Shown here: piece after piece, positions 63,758-64,000 of the stretch
Layout: each line of letters begins with the position of its first letter
Numbering within the stretch: the first letter of the stretch is position 1
NCBI GenBank assembly: GCA_030827315.1
Contig: JAURER010000015.1
Coordinates: forward strand, 5,624-69,623
Source: Gemmatimonadota bacterium
Lineage (GTDB): Bacteria; Gemmatimonadota; Gemmatimonadetes; Longimicrobiales; Gaopeijiaceae
DNA: 64,000 nucleotides
Direction of reading: 5' to 3'
Made by a program: the position numbers and the translations under genes
Notes under the pieces: generated by a model
What the model was told of the DNA's origin: nothing
Database searches by the model: none
Seen by the model: the letters and a program-made list of their open reading frames with translations, nothing else

Positions 63758-64000
63758 GCGGAGGAGGTCGACCGCACGGCCTTGCGGCGCGTGGTGACGA
63801 TCCCCGCGACGAGCATGGCGGCGAGCATCGCACCCGCGCCCATGGCGAGCTGAGGTTGAGTCGATACGAGGATCACGAGAATCGCGATATAGAGCAAAAT
63901 CGTGATGGCCGGCAGCACGGGATGACCGGGCATACGGAAGGGGCGCTCCAGTTCTGGCATCGAGGCGCGGAGCTTGAAATAGCCGAGGAGCACCATCGTA
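63754..64000 (-). CDS. APC-superfamily amino acid permease, C-terminal fragment (gene continues beyond the window)
   Basis: ELERPFRMPGHPVLPAITILLYIAILVILV is typical of the last TM helices of APC permeases. The reading frame is open to the window edge. Confidence 0.7.
   Translation of the reverse strand, partial: TMVLLGYFKLRASMPELERPFRMPGHPVLPAITILLYIAILVILVSTQPQLAMGAGAMLAAMLVAGIVTTRRKAVRSTSSA

Overview
Visibly GC-rich bacterial chromosomal segment: codon position 3 is almost always G/C, which also produces many long spurious antisense ORFs. It is densely packed with about 66 supportable CDS on both strands. I found no rRNA, tRNA, CRISPR array, transposase/integrase or phage genes by eye. 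The gene content (stand-alone CarboxypepD_reg+plug proteins, many secreted peptidases, a cytochrome b-c fusion) fits a Gemmatimonadota-like organism; this is inference only.

Main blocks:
(1) Minus-strand envelope operon ccdA-dsbA-M23-arsM-TolB-like (411-4804).
(2) Membrane-tethered HTH/zinc-ribbon protein plus a split RDD protein (5006-6767).
(3) PduO-type adenosyltransferase, a SpoT-like HD protein, a 7Fe ferredoxin, an M20 peptidase and cysK.
(4) Rieske plus cytochrome b/di-haem c complex (16389-18743).
(5) Five-gene secreted peptide/D-amino-acid operon: M1, D-aminoacylase, M20, cupin, DUF1028 (18969-24727).
(6) Bacilliredoxin.
(7) Xanthine-dehydrogenase-family Mo-enzyme operon interrupted by a DUF1460-like exported protein (25403-31259).
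(8) Uncharacterised lipoprotein / PorV-FadL-like barrel / small lipoprotein module, with an in-frame TAA (32478-35478).
(9) SLC13 transporter-thiolase, M19 dipeptidase, GNAT, apt.
(10) Plug-S12-M28-PCD operon (40780-45314), then an M14 carboxypeptidase.
(11) ADH plus DadA-like oxidoreductase, and a second S12 hydrolase.
(12) ogt and sufCBD-Rieske-sufSU (53529-59803).
(13) An unusually large 466-bp intergenic region with a promoter/operator candidate and about 390 bp unexplained.
(14) Lipoprotein plus M6 (InhA-like) metalloprotease.
(15) APC permease plus a split TPP decarboxylase (ComDE-like) at the right edge.

I did not find a clear-cut novel defence, mobile or RNA-guided system. The best candidates for undescribed biology are the 32.5-35.5 kb outer-membrane module, the stand-alone plug-domain paralogue family, the HTH-Zn-ribbon/RDD pair and the unexplained DNA at 59.9-60.3 kb. 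All functional calls rest on motif recognition by eye, not on database searches.
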